Positions 1-9,488 of a stretch of DNA of 64,000 nt are shown piece after piece. Positions within the stretch are counted from its first letter, which is position 1. Each line of letters opens with the position of its first letter. The position numbers were made by a program, and so were the translations under genes. This DNA is from Patescibacteria group bacterium (GTDB taxonomy: Bacteria; Patescibacteriota; JACPGU01), in NCBI GenBank assembly GCA_041675145.1, contig JBAYUK010000001.1, positions 220,057 to 284,056 of the forward strand. Reading direction: 5' to 3'. Under the pieces are notes generated by a model that worked only from the letters and a program-made list of their open reading frames with translations, ran no database searches and was not told where the DNA came from.

Positions 1-625
1 CCTCAATCTCGCACAAGCCGCACAGTATCTCAATGTTTCGGAAAAAAGTGTCCGTCGCTATATCCATGCGGGACGCTTACCGGTACAAGTGGTGCGTGGC
101 CAAAAAGGAGATGAGTACCGCTTTGACTCCGTAAACCTTGATCAGCTCTTAAAGCCTGAACGAGGAAGAAAGAAGAACAGCACACCACACACCCCAGTCA
201 CCAAAGCACAAGTAGATACCCCCCGCACCCCGAAACCATACGAACCCGAGAAAAGAGCGGAAGAAACTGCTCCGTTATCTCAAGAGAAACACCTAGACCA
301 GATCATTAACCGTGACTTTATCCATATCCGTCAGCTCATCGACGATATCAAAGAGAAAAAAGCCGCTACCCAGGATACAAGACCTGAGACACGAACACCT
401 ACTCCTGAACCAGCCTTTGTAAAACCAACCGAGACAGATACCCTCTACCGCGAACTGCTTGCCAAATACGAAGATGCCCTCATGAAGATCGGACATTTAG
501 AAGCTCAGTTGCGAGTAGAGAACGCTCAAATTACGCAACGAGAAGAACACTTAAAGCGGCGCCTCGCCGAACAGGAGCAACTCATTCAAGAACTCTACCA
601 GATCGTCCGGTTCTATGAGGCATAA
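1..625 (+). CDS. HTH (excisionase/MerR-type) DNA-binding protein with a coiled-coil C-terminus, 5'-partial
   Basis: In-frame translation from nt 1 reads LNLAQAAQYLNVSEKSVRRYIHAGRLP (HTH) and continues into the listed ORF. Lys/Glu/Thr-rich tail. Confidence 0.55.
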   Translation, partial: LNLAQAAQYLNVSEKSVRRYIHAGRLPVQVVRGQKGDEYRFDSVNLDQLLKPERGRKKNSTPHTPVTKAQVDTPRTPKPYEPEKRAEETAPLSQEKHLDQIINRDFIHIRQLIDDIKEKKAATQDTRPETRTPTPEPAFVKPTETDTLYRELLAKYEDALMKIGHLEAQLRVENAQITQREEHLKRRLAEQEQLIQELYQIVRFYEA

Positions 626-626
626 G

Positions 627-654
627 TAAAAAATCCCCTTTTGGGGATTTTTTA
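627..654. terminator. Rho-independent terminator (bidirectional)
   Basis: aaaaatcccc-tttt-ggggattttt hairpin between convergent genes. Confidence 0.6.
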
Positions 655-694
655 CTATTTCTGCACATCATGTGCGCTATCTTTCTGTTGTGTC

Positions 695-1429
695 TTATTT
701 CTTTGCAGGGATTTTGAGAACCTGACCGATCTCGATTGGATACGGGTCTGCCATGTTGTTTTCTTTTGCAATATCCTGCCATGTCACGCCCAGCTCTGCT
801 CCGATACCGGCTAGCGTATCACCAGACTTAACGGTATACGTAGTGCCACCCGTAGTTGGAGCTGTTGTAGTACCAGTTGGTGCATCCGGATTCGTTGTAG
901 TTGTAGTTGTTGCTGGAGTAGTTGGTGCAGGAGTCTCAGTCTTTGGCGCCACCCCTGGAATAATAAGCTCCTGATCAATTTCAATATTGTACGGCTCTTT
1001 CATATTGTTTGCCTCAGCAATTTTTTGCCACTCAACACCAAACTCGGCTGCAATATCTGCTAGAGTATCACCAGACTTCACTTTGTAGGTAACCTGCTTT
1101 GCCTTTGCCTCTTCTTCTGCTGCCTTTTTAGCGTCCTCAGTTTTTTTCGCTTCTTCAGCCTTCTTAGCTTCTTCAAGCTTAGCGCGGTCAGCATCGCTCA
1201 GGTTCTTTGTCTGCTCTGAAGTGAGGTTGTTGAGGTTCTCAAGATTTGAGAGATCTTCTTTACCAAACAAACTACGGAAGGCAAGAATTACTATCAAAAC
1301 TACGAAGATTAAAAAGATACCAAGAATAACATTCGACATTGCACCAGATTTTTTACCCTTCTGTCCAAGTACCTCTGTATGGATCCAATCTTCTTCGATA
1401 CTATTAAATTCATCTTTATGTGGCTTCAT
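695..1429 (-). CDS. LysM-domain protein with N-terminal TM anchor
   Basis: Two LysM motifs (YTVKSGDTLAGIGAELGV..., YKVKSGDTLADIAAEFGV...). ATG at 1427-1429 preceded by GGAGG. Thr/Pro linker. Confidence 0.8.
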   Translation of the reverse strand: MKPHKDEFNSIEEDWIHTEVLGQKGKKSGAMSNVILGIFLIFVVLIVILAFRSLFGKEDLSNLENLNNLTSEQTKNLSDADRAKLEEAKKAEEAKKTEDAKKAAEEEAKAKQVTYKVKSGDTLADIAAEFGVEWQKIAEANNMKEPYNIEIDQELIIPGVAPKTETPAPTTPATTTTTTNPDAPTGTTTAPTTGGTTYTVKSGDTLAGIGAELGVTWQDIAKENNMADPYPIEIGQVLKIPAKK

Positions 1430-1502
1430 GAAAAACCTCCGTATGGTTACTAGTATCCAAACTTTGAATTCATTATACACGAGGCAAGCGCTTCTGCAAC
1501 AC

Positions 1503-1531
1503 AGAAAAACCCTGGGTTGCCCCGGGGTTTT
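1503..1531 (-). terminator. Palindromic hairpin aaaaaccc...gggttttt, likely terminator after tRNA-Leu
   Basis: 8-bp A/T-flanked GC stem, reads the same on both strands. Confidence 0.4.
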
Positions 1532-1630
1532 TCCCATTGTCGCCTAAACAAATGGTGGACGCACTATAGCAGAAAATAGGGTGATTTTCAAGGGAGATTA
1601 GTGTCTATATTACGCATATGGGTTGTGTAT

Positions 1631-1657
1631 GCGATTATATGCGATTATATGCGATTG
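1631..1657. repeat. Tandem 10-bp repeat gcgattatat x2.7
   Basis: Direct inspection. Confidence 0.6.
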
Positions 1658-1728
1658 GTCGTCAATATGGCTATGACTACCCAATACACAAAGAACCCAC
1701 CTACTGGTGAGTTCTTTTTACGTTCAAT

Positions 1729-1813
1729 ACCACGGGCGAGACTCGAACTCGCACGGCGTATTACCGCCCAGGGATTTTAAGTCCCTTATGTCTACCATTC
1801 CACCACCGTGGCC
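1729..1813 (-). tRNA. tRNA-Leu (anticodon TAA), type II with long variable arm
   Basis: Reverse complement GCCACGGTGGTGGAATGGTAGAC...GGGACTTAAAATCCC...TTCGAGTCTCGCCCGTGGT. Acceptor stem pairs. Anticodon loop CTTAAAA. Confidence 0.8.
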
Positions 1814-1852
1814 AGTCTCTTCTCACTACCTACTACCGCTTAGTAGGCTACC

Positions 1853-2476
1853 TTACTGAGCCTTAAGCACAACCAGTCTCTGTCCATCACTTGGTAAGTC
1901 CTTTGCTTCAAGCTTTAAGGTATCGAGAGTCTCTGCAGTCTCGCCTACTTCTTTAATAAAGTCAGCCAACACCCCGTCATCACCGGTCATTGGGATGACA
2001 ATTCTTGGTTCAATCTGGTCAACAATCTTTGACGCTGTTTTTGCATCAACTCCTTCATCTCCTACTGAGATGAATAATATATCTACGTTACCAATCTCCT
2101 CTATATCATCAGCTGTTAGTGTATGACCCAACATCCCGCAATGCAAAATGTTCATACTCGAAAGTCTGAGAGCAAAAATGGTATTAGGTCCGCGAAGCGT
2201 TCCTTTCTCACCATCTGCGTATGAGGCAATACCATCGATCAGAACACCTTTAAGTTCGTATCCACCTGGAGCATCCACTACGAACGCACGAGGAGTATCT
2301 ACTCCGGCAACTTCCTTTCTGGTAACATCAGGAGTCGCAGCAGTACTCACGGTAACCAAATGAGCCTTTGCTCGTGGATGCGCAATCTGCCCTGTTGGCT
2401 CATACGGATCAAGCAAGGCTATGATACCCTTTTGCTTGATCTCGATACACTGGTGTCCGAAGTAATTAATTTCCAT
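1853..2476 (-). CDS. MBL-fold metal-dependent hydrolase (UPF0173-like)
   Basis: MEINYFGHQCIEIK... start typical of MBL-fold hydrolases. Confidence 0.6.
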   Translation of the reverse strand: MEINYFGHQCIEIKQKGIIALLDPYEPTGQIAHPRAKAHLVTVSTAATPDVTRKEVAGVDTPRAFVVDAPGGYELKGVLIDGIASYADGEKGTLRGPNTIFALRLSSMNILHCGMLGHTLTADDIEEIGNVDILFISVGDEGVDAKTASKIVDQIEPRIVIPMTGDDGVLADFIKEVGETAETLDTLKLEAKDLPSDGQRLVVLKAQ

Positions 2477-2563
2477 AGGAATACATATTAACTTAGTAAC
2501 TAGCTGTCGTGGTTATACTACAATCATAATCTGCTTATCTTTTTAACACAAGCATGCAATGTA

Positions 2564-2830
2564 TTACTTCTGATGTGTTGCCTGCTCAAAAGAGATCTGT
2601 GGCAGGGCAACATATGCTCCCTTTGGGCTCTTGGAATCTACTTTGATCCGGCGACCCTTACTTGAAGCACTATTCCAGCAGTCTGGTGAACAAAAATACA
2701 CTCCTCGCCCTGCCATGTTCTGTTGCGGATCGTAGACAAGCGTTTCGCCAGTGACCACAAAACGAACAAGTTGGGATTTCGGTTTCTTTGTTCTACACAC
2801 GCAGCAACTTCGCTCGACTGCACCTGCCAT
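2564..2830 (-). CDS. YlxR/DUF448 family RNA-binding protein
   Basis: CCVCR...LVRFV...GRGVYFC...C motif arrangement. Confidence 0.7.
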   Translation of the reverse strand: MAGAVERSCCVCRTKKPKSQLVRFVVTGETLVYDPQQNMAGRGVYFCSPDCWNSASSKGRRIKVDSKSPKGAYVALPQISFEQATHQK

Positions 2831-2831
2831 A

Positions 2832-4178
2832 TTACTGTGCAAGTTGTACTATTTTTTCTGCAGTTTTTTCACCAATACCTTCAATAGCGGTAAGATCTGC
2901 TACTGTTTTTCCTTTAATGTCAGACATAGAACTAATACCGCCAGCGTTAAGCTTTTTTAGTACTGCCGCGCCAAGAGAAGCAAATGACTCACCTGACTCC
3001 TCTTCAGAGTCTACTACTTCAGCCTTCTTTGCTTTTGGCGCTTTTTTAGCTGTCGCTTCCTCGCCACCTGGCTCAAGAGCCTTGAGTGAAAGAGAAAGAC
3101 GGTGCTGTTCTGGGTCAATTGAGAGTACTTTAAATTCTTTCTGGTCACCTAGAGCGAGAACCTCAGCAGGGTCGGTAAGATGCTTATGTGAGATCTCAGA
3201 AATGTGGACGAGGGCATCTATTTCAGCGTCTTTAAGTTTTACTTTCACGAATGCTCCGTATGGAGTAAGTCGACTCACACGACCTGAAAGGATTGCTCCT
3301 GGAGAAAGTTCTTTTACCATCTTCTTCCATGGGTCCTCATCGAGTTGCTTGAGTGAAAGAGAGAGACGGCTGTTTTCAATATCTATAACCTTGAGCTTCA
3401 TAGTATCCCCGATCTTTACAAAGTCAGCGATATGTTCTACCTTGCCCCATGAGATCTCCGAGATGTGAACAAGTCCTTCAACACCACCTACATCTACAAA
3501 GAATCCGAAGTCTACAATACCAATGACGGTACCGGTAACAACTGCACCAACGGCGATATCTTTTGGCACATCACGGTTACCGATAGCTTCGCGCTCAGAG
3601 AAAATAAGCTTATTTGATGATTTTTCAAGTGCGTGGATCTTTACATCAATAGTCTTACCAACTAACTGTCCAAGACGAGATAAGATCTCATCCTTGTTAC
3701 CACCCTCTACACGAGGATAGTGTTGTGCAGAAAGCTGAGATACTGGCAAGAATCCTTTGATTCCGCCCATCTCGATGATAAGTCCACCCTTATTAGCAGC
3801 AGAAACTACTACCGCTAGAGATTCTTTGTCCTCCATCTTCTTATTCAAAGCAGTCCAGGTAGTATCCCGGTTTGCTTTGCGTAGTGAAAGGAGCATAGTA
3901 CCTTCATCGTCTTCTGGATAAATCACAAAAGCGGTGATTACATCACCTTTGACAAGACCGCGCACAAATTGCGGGTCATACATGAGTTCCTTACCACCAA
4001 CAATACCGTGGATACGGTCGTCGATCGTAACGAACACTTTATTTTTTGTGACTTTATCAACAATACAATCAATCGAGTCGCCCTCTTTGTAGATCTTCAT
4101 TCCCGCTGCTTCTTTGAGCAGTTTTTCCATCGGGATGAGTCCGCCTCGAATAATGTCCTTATCTGTAGTAGTTGCCAT
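2832..4178 (-). CDS. rpsA: 30S ribosomal protein S1
   Basis: Multiple S1 domains (e.g. GDTMKLKVIDIENSRLSLSLKQL). ATG at 4176-4178. Confidence 0.85.
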   Translation of the reverse strand: MATTTDKDIIRGGLIPMEKLLKEAAGMKIYKEGDSIDCIVDKVTKNKVFVTIDDRIHGIVGGKELMYDPQFVRGLVKGDVITAFVIYPEDDEGTMLLSLRKANRDTTWTALNKKMEDKESLAVVVSAANKGGLIIEMGGIKGFLPVSQLSAQHYPRVEGGNKDEILSRLGQLVGKTIDVKIHALEKSSNKLIFSEREAIGNRDVPKDIAVGAVVTGTVIGIVDFGFFVDVGGVEGLVHISEISWGKVEHIADFVKIGDTMKLKVIDIENSRLSLSLKQLDEDPWKKMVKELSPGAILSGRVSRLTPYGAFVKVKLKDAEIDALVHISEISHKHLTDPAEVLALGDQKEFKVLSIDPEQHRLSLSLKALEPGGEEATAKKAPKAKKAEVVDSEEESGESFASLGAAVLKKLNAGGISSMSDIKGKTVADLTAIEGIGEKTAEKIVQLAQ

Positions 4179-4223
4179 GTTAATTATATAAATTACTAAT
4201 ATTATGAGAACAGCTCATGCGAG

Positions 4224-4631
4224 CTATTTTTTACGATAAAGGTTCTTGCGTCGTTCCTGCGCCTGGTCTGCAATACTACGGGCAATTGTTCTCAGTACTG
4301 CCTTGAGCCCTAGAACTATCCAGACAATTGCCATGATGATCCAGGCTGCAAAAAGTGCCCGCATACTAAAGTATGGAATACCCTGCAGTCTAAAGAATAC
4401 TAGGAGAAGACCAACAAGACCTACCCATAGCCCCCAGTTAGCAAGATATGCGTACAAAGGACGGTAGACAGACTTTCTTTTCTTATATGCAAGAAAAGCA
4501 GTTACTATAGCCAATAATACCAGAACTGAGAAAAAAATCAAGAAAAAGGGTGCAGACGTAAAATAATACCCAGGTTCTGGGTTAAAGATATACGTCGGTG
4601 TAAAGAGGAGTTTCAAGCTCGTACTATTCAT
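4224..4631 (-). CDS. Hypothetical membrane protein
   Basis: Three or four predicted TM helices, basic C-terminus. Confidence 0.5.
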   Translation of the reverse strand: MNSTSLKLLFTPTYIFNPEPGYYFTSAPFFLIFFSVLVLLAIVTAFLAYKKRKSVYRPLYAYLANWGLWVGLVGLLLVFFRLQGIPYFSMRALFAAWIIMAIVWIVLGLKAVLRTIARSIADQAQERRKNLYRKK

Positions 4632-4654
4632 TCTTTTTCAGGTTATGGTACAAA

Positions 4655-4728
4655 TGGGCGGTAGAGGATTCGAACCTCTGACCCCCTCGGTGTAAACGAG
4701 GTGCTCTAACCAACTGAGCTAACCGCCC
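4655..4728 (-). tRNA. tRNA-Val (anticodon TAC)
   Basis: Reverse complement GGGCGGTTAGCTCAGTTGGTTAGAGCACCTCGTTTACACCGAGG...GGTTCGAATCCTCTACCGCCCA. Confidence 0.85.
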
Positions 4729-4733
4729 TCAAA

Positions 4734-4805
4734 TGCCTGGAGAGAGAATTGAACTCCCGACGCCAGCCTCTTCAGGGCTGCGCTCTACCACTGAGCTATC
4801 CAGGC
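4734..4805 (-). tRNA. tRNA-Phe (anticodon GAA)
   Basis: Reverse complement GCCTGGATAGCTCAGTGGTAGAGCGCAGCCCTGAAGAGGCTG...GGAGTTCAATTCTCTCTCCAGGCA. Confidence 0.85.
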
Positions 4806-4879
4806 TCTCAACTGCATAGCACGAGAACATGCCAAGCATGTATTTCGCATTTTACCCAATAATCCCTTTTTATGCAACC

Positions 4880-5710
4880 CTAGTCCTCTTCTTCAACTGT
4901 GGCAGCAAAAAGTTCGTTTTGCTTAACCAGCCCCAACAGAAGGTCGTTTAAAAGTGGGATACGCAGTTGCGACTTATATTGCAACACTGCTTGGAGTTTC
5001 TTATCTATCGTACCGGGCTGTAACACATACTTACCCCAGCGTTCGTCGAGGCGTACGAGGCGCACTGGTGGAAGAAGGAATACTCCCGTGTTTAAATTCC
5101 GTGGCTTGGGAAAGAGCGGGTGGTGCACCAGATACCTATAAAACCGGAGCTTTCTTTTACCCGCTGCGATGCGTGCCATCGTACCCGTAACGGCATGGTC
5201 AGCATGCGCGTCTTTTGGATGTGGCGCAAAAATCACCGTTGGTTTTACCTGATTAATAACCTCGGTAAATTTCTTCTGCACTATTTTTTTATCTTGGCGG
5301 GCTAACGACCCGTCCTTGAAATCAAGAAAGAGCAGATTATCATGCGGGACACCCAGTATCTCTGTTGCACTATAGAATTCGCGGTACCTCTTAATCTCAA
5401 AGCCGTACTTGTTGCCGTTGGTAATGAGCGCTATCCACACCTGAGCACCACGCTCGATACTTTCTATAATATACCCACCAACCGCAATCGTCTCATCATC
5501 TTGATGAGGCGAGAAAACGAGAATCCTGTCCCGTGCATCGGCTGGCGTTACATCGTCCAGCAGTGAAGCTGCTGCTTGAGGCAACACCTCGTATCTCCAG
5601 GCGTAAAATCCATACGCCAACAACGATACCAGTGAAGATATCCAAAAAGGGGCACTAGGAAAGCGACCCCGAAACAGGAATGGTTTTTGTGGTTTGTTTT
5701 CTTTTGGCAT
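4880..5710 (-). CDS. PIG-L/LmbE family N-acetylglucosaminyl deacetylase, membrane-anchored
   Basis: VFSPHQDDETIAVGG ... HPKDAHADHAVTG motifs, N-terminal TM. Confidence 0.75.
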   Translation of the reverse strand: MPKENKPQKPFLFRGRFPSAPFWISSLVSLLAYGFYAWRYEVLPQAAASLLDDVTPADARDRILVFSPHQDDETIAVGGYIIESIERGAQVWIALITNGNKYGFEIKRYREFYSATEILGVPHDNLLFLDFKDGSLARQDKKIVQKKFTEVINQVKPTVIFAPHPKDAHADHAVTGTMARIAAGKRKLRFYRYLVHHPLFPKPRNLNTGVFLLPPVRLVRLDERWGKYVLQPGTIDKKLQAVLQYKSQLRIPLLNDLLLGLVKQNELFAATVEEED

Positions 5711-5783
5711 TGTGAGCGCTGTCTAAGCGCTCAGACTAGTATAGCGTATTTTTTTAAATACAACTAGGGTATGAGGCCATAAT

Positions 5784-5808
5784 AAAACCCCATCTACTGG
5801 GGTTTTAT
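5784..5808 (-). terminator. Rho-independent terminator
   Basis: aaaacccc-atctact-ggggtttt. Confidence 0.5.
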
Positions 5809-5814
5809 TATGCG

Positions 5815-6231
5815 CTATTTTGTAACGGCTGTTGGAGTTGGTGCTCCTGCATGACGAGAGAATCCTTTCTTTCTCTCAGAGACCTTCCCTTCTTTATGTC
5901 CTCCTCGAGGTGGTGGCAGAAAACCTAAGTCCTTCATAATCTGTTTCGCCTCAGCATGCTTTCCTTCCTTCATAAGTTGATGGGCTTTGGCAAACTGTGC
6001 AAAGTTTTCTGGCGTAACGTTTTCAGTTAGCTTTCCCGGCAAGTCACTGGTTGCTGTTTTCCAAGCCTGGTAGTCGGCCTGTTCCAGTGCCTGTTCGATA
6101 GCCGCTTTCTTTTCTGGGTTAAATACTTTTTCACGACCCATACCATGGGCAGATGCAGCTCCAATACTGGCGGTTAGTACCGCTCCAGCTGCGAAAACAC
6201 CAAGTCCTGCACGCATCATTTTTTTCTTCAT
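5815..6231 (-). CDS. Secreted small helical protein (signal peptide), last gene of the ECF sigma operon
   Basis: MKKKMMRAGLGVFAAGAVLTASIGAASA signal. Helical, Lys/Glu-rich, possibly CpxP/Spy-like. Confidence 0.5.
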   Translation of the reverse strand: MKKKMMRAGLGVFAAGAVLTASIGAASAHGMGREKVFNPEKKAAIEQALEQADYQAWKTATSDLPGKLTENVTPENFAQFAKAHQLMKEGKHAEAKQIMKDLGFLPPPRGGHKEGKVSERKKGFSRHAGAPTPTAVTK

Positions 6232-6306
6232 ATCTCCTCCTTGCTTTACTAGTATGTTCTTGAGCGCTCATACACTACTACGCACGAGTTATTTTTTTGT
6301 TACACA

Positions 6307-7011
6307 TTACCGAGGAACCATAGGAGCGGCAAATCGTACCATATGTGCTTCAAAGTGCATTTCAGGTCTGCGTTCCCCCATCACGCGCAAGACATCTTGA
6401 ATGCGGATATCTGGGTTAAGATCCTCGCACATTTCACACAACACCTGCCACCTATCTCCTCTTGGGTCTTGTAATATAAAGCTTTGTTGAGTTTTAATAT
6501 CTCGTACTGAACCAAAAATGAATCCTCTTTCAGGCCTCTCCCAGTACCCTTGACCGCGCAACTTTGGCGCATGTTCATAGTAAGGTAGGTTTCTTATCAT
6601 AAAGCGATCTATCGCCTGGCCCAAGCCTAGACTAAAAGAAATAACACCTATTAAAATAGAAAAAATAATATGGAAAAGGCCAAGCCGGATTAGGCTAATA
6701 CGGTATCCGTTCCGTGTGTGGCGCAGTGCGTAGCCTGAAAAAAGAAAGAACCCTGCCATGGCAGCTACCCAGATATATGGGACAGAAAGAACTAAGAGCT
6801 CAAGAATACTGCCTCCTGTCTTACGCAGAAACTCAAAGTCCTGACTAGCAACTGAGTCCAAAATAATAGCAACCGCTAAGCCTCCAAATATAGTACTGAC
6901 CGCAAAGATCACCCAGATACCGTAGTCCTTAACCCAAAATAACCACGGCGATAGTGGCTTGATGTGTTCTTGCTCTATTTGTTCCAACACTTTTTGCTCG
7001 ATGTTTTCCAT
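6307..7011 (-). CDS. Polytopic membrane protein co-transcribed with ECF sigma (putative anti-sigma factor)
   Basis: ATG 8 bp after the sigma gene stop (the TTG alternative overlaps it). Several TM helices. Confidence 0.5.
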   Translation of the reverse strand: MENIEQKVLEQIEQEHIKPLSPWLFWVKDYGIWVIFAVSTIFGGLAVAIILDSVASQDFEFLRKTGGSILELLVLSVPYIWVAAMAGFFLFSGYALRHTRNGYRISLIRLGLFHIIFSILIGVISFSLGLGQAIDRFMIRNLPYYEHAPKLRGQGYWERPERGFIFGSVRDIKTQQSFILQDPRGDRWQVLCEMCEDLNPDIRIQDVLRVMGERRPEMHFEAHMVRFAAPMVPR

Positions 7012-7018
7012 GGTATTG

Positions 7019-7615
7019 CTAGATACTATCAAATTGTATGCTATTTTTTTGAGAAATTTGTTTAAACTGCTTTTTTGCGCGATTGATCATGGCAGATACG
7101 GTTCCTATGGGCCTGCGAATAATATCAGATATCTCAGCGTAATCCATACCGTCAAAGAATCGCAGCTCTAAGACTTCTTTATACTTTGGATCCATCTGTG
7201 AAAAGATACTACGAATCATGTGCGCATCATGCTCGACCCCTAACTCCTCTATTACCGAGTTAACCTCATACCCTAAGTCAAGCTCCGCTACCTCATCGAT
7301 AGATACTTCTTGTACCCTGCTCTTTCTTTTCCTATATAAACTAATCGCTTCATTGTGAGCGATGCGGTAAATCCATGAAGAAAACTTGAGTGATGGATTA
7401 AAATCATTCAAATTTCGGTAGGCTTTAATAAACACCTCTTGTAATACATCTTCTGCCTCGTCACTGTGTTGGCTAATTAATCGACAAATGTATCTCAGTA
7501 GCTTTGACTCATAGCGCCGTACAAGATGTCCAAAATAGAGGTGGTCTTCAAGCGCTTTTGCAACCAGTTCTTCATCAGATAACTGATTTTCGTGTTGGTT
7601 TGTGGTGTCAGGCAT
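7019..7615 (-). CDS. RNA polymerase sigma-70 factor, ECF subfamily
   Basis: Region 2 (VLQEVFIKAYRNLNDFN...FSSWIYRIAHNEAISLYRKRK) and region 4 (DYAEISDIIRRPIGTVSAMINRAKKQ). Confidence 0.85.
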   Translation of the reverse strand: MPDTTNQHENQLSDEELVAKALEDHLYFGHLVRRYESKLLRYICRLISQHSDEAEDVLQEVFIKAYRNLNDFNPSLKFSSWIYRIAHNEAISLYRKRKSRVQEVSIDEVAELDLGYEVNSVIEELGVEHDAHMIRSIFSQMDPKYKEVLELRFFDGMDYAEISDIIRRPIGTVSAMINRAKKQFKQISQKNSIQFDSI

Positions 7616-7662
7616 TATACTCCCTAGTATCTAGTACGGATTTTAGGACTTTTTCTTGCACC

Positions 7663-8766
7663 CTAGAGACTCTGCAGACTGCGAACAATGTGAGCAGTAG
7701 CATATGGCTTTGCAATTCTTCTCGTAGCAAGTCTCAGTTTTCGAAGTACGAGAGTATTTTCTAGAATAATACGCGTAATTTCAGAGACTCCTAGCGGGTC
7801 ATCGGAACGGTAGGCCGCTTTATGTTTCATAATATACCGGGCATTGGCTTCTTCTTGTCCAGGTAGTGGATTAGAAATAAGCAGTGGCACACCCATAGCC
7901 AGCGTCTCGGCAGTAGTCAGTCCCCCAGGCTTACTAATAATAAGGTCTACCACTGCCATAATTTCCTCGATCGTATCGGTAAAGCCAAGCACCACCACCT
8001 TTTTCCGGGATTTCTGTGCTAACTCTGTCATCTCCTTTTTCAGTGCATGGTTATTACCCGCTACAACAATAATCTGGAATTGTCCTGGAATTGCTTCAAG
8101 TGCGCTCCATATCTCCTTCACGGGACCCATACCGAATCCACCCGAGAAAATACCCACCGTAAACGTCTTTGCGATATGGTACTTACGACACAGCAATGCT
8201 CGGTTATATCGCTTGCTAAACTTCACATCAATAGGGATACCAGTACAAAATATTCGAGAGGTCTGGATACCATAGCCTACTAGGCTCTTTTTTACATCAG
8301 GAGTGGCGACAAAGTAACGGTCAACTCCACGATCCGCCCATAACTTATGCGCTTCATAGTCTGTGACAGTGACTGCTATCTTGTAGTCGTACTTGTATTT
8401 ACTTCTCCAGTGAACAAATAAACTGGCGGGGATGAAGTGGGTGCAGACTATCAGGTCAGGGTTAAACTCTACCATCTGCTTTTTTAACTCCTGCGCATTC
8501 ATGCGGTCAAAAATTAGTCTCGCTTCGTTACTTGAAGACATATCTGCATTCTTATACAGCCAAGCATAAAGCTCGGGCAACTTCCCAATCACATCAACAG
8601 CGAGTTTTCCGTAGAACTTATTGGATAAAAAACTTGCATAGTCGAGAAAATCGATGTTCTTCACCTCAACGCCAGGATGCGCGCGAACAATCTCTCGTTC
8701 GAGCGCTTCGGCAGCTTTGACATGTCCCGCCCCAACTCGTAGTGATACTATTAAAACTTTTTTCAT
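7663..8766 (-). CDS. GT28-family glycosyltransferase (MGDG synthase / UgtP-like diacylglycerol glycosyltransferase)
   Basis: N-terminal VGAGHVKAAEAL motif and C-terminal GT-B domain, around 370 aa. Confidence 0.7.
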   Translation of the reverse strand: MKKVLIVSLRVGAGHVKAAEALEREIVRAHPGVEVKNIDFLDYASFLSNKFYGKLAVDVIGKLPELYAWLYKNADMSSSNEARLIFDRMNAQELKKQMVEFNPDLIVCTHFIPASLFVHWRSKYKYDYKIAVTVTDYEAHKLWADRGVDRYFVATPDVKKSLVGYGIQTSRIFCTGIPIDVKFSKRYNRALLCRKYHIAKTFTVGIFSGGFGMGPVKEIWSALEAIPGQFQIIVVAGNNHALKKEMTELAQKSRKKVVVLGFTDTIEEIMAVVDLIISKPGGLTTAETLAMGVPLLISNPLPGQEEANARYIMKHKAAYRSDDPLGVSEITRIILENTLVLRKLRLATRRIAKPYATAHIVRSLQSL

Positions 8767-9320
8767 TTCTTAGGTAGTTGTGGTAAGTATTTTTTGTTGA
8801 TGTGTAATATTACAAGACCAATCACAACCCCAATTATAGACCCTGAGATAACATCAGTTGGAAAGTGAGATCCTAGGTATACTCGAGAAAACGCAATCAG
8901 TACTGCTGCGGGATAAACAGCTAAACGAGTCTTCGGATACATAGTCGCGATTATTACAGCACATGCAAAAGCCGTCATAGAGTGACCCGACATAAACGCC
9001 GTATCTTTCCAGCCAGTATCCCAGAAAGTGAGATAGTATAGATCCGGAGTAGAATACGGACGAGGCCGCATCACGAGATGCTTAATAATTCCACCATTTA
9101 CAACTACCTCAGTTAAAAGCCCCGAGATGATAAGCCAGAAGGTGCGCATGCCTCGCGCTCCATTCGCAAAAAGTATCCCGAGAGCGAGCGACCACCAGAG
9201 CACACCAAGCGTTCCAAGGTTAGTAATGAACCGTGCAGTAGTAACCAACCACATAGGGTGTGGCAGGTGGTTTATGTACGCAAACAAAGCGTAGTCGATT
9301 GTTTGGATTATATGGAACAT
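8763..9320 (-). CDS. PAP2-family phosphatase (phosphatidic acid phosphatase type 2)
   Basis: RPRPY ... SGHS ... SRVYLGSHFPTDV motifs. 4-bp overlap with the downstream GT28 gene. Confidence 0.8.
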   Translation of the reverse strand: MFHIIQTIDYALFAYINHLPHPMWLVTTARFITNLGTLGVLWWSLALGILFANGARGMRTFWLIISGLLTEVVVNGGIIKHLVMRPRPYSTPDLYYLTFWDTGWKDTAFMSGHSMTAFACAVIIATMYPKTRLAVYPAAVLIAFSRVYLGSHFPTDVISGSIIGVVIGLVILHINKKYLPQLPKK

Positions 9321-9371
9321 ATTTGTTTCTAGTATTAGTTCATTTTATATACAAAGAAGGTTTTTGTATAT

Positions 9372-9400
9372 AAAAAAGAGACCACAATAGTCTCTTTTTT
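9372..9400. terminator. Rho-independent terminator (bidirectional)
   Basis: agagac-cacaat-agtctc flanked by A6/T6. Confidence 0.55.
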
Positions 9401-9406
9401 ATGTAA

Positions 9407-9488
9407 TGCCGTGGAGAGGACTCGAACCTCCAAGCCTTGCGGCATACGCACCTCAAGCGTACGCGTATACCAATTCCGCCACCACGGC
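9407..9488 (-). tRNA. tRNA-Leu (anticodon GAG), type II
   Basis: Reverse complement GCCGTGGTGGCGGAATTGGTA...TACGCTTGAGGTGCGTA...long variable arm...GGTTCGAGTCCTCTCCACGGCA. Confidence 0.8.

Noticed and set aside
2788-3468. 226-aa plus-strand ORF
   Set aside because: It is antisense to rpsA with a Ser-rich low-complexity translation. rpsA on the minus strand is clearly the real gene.
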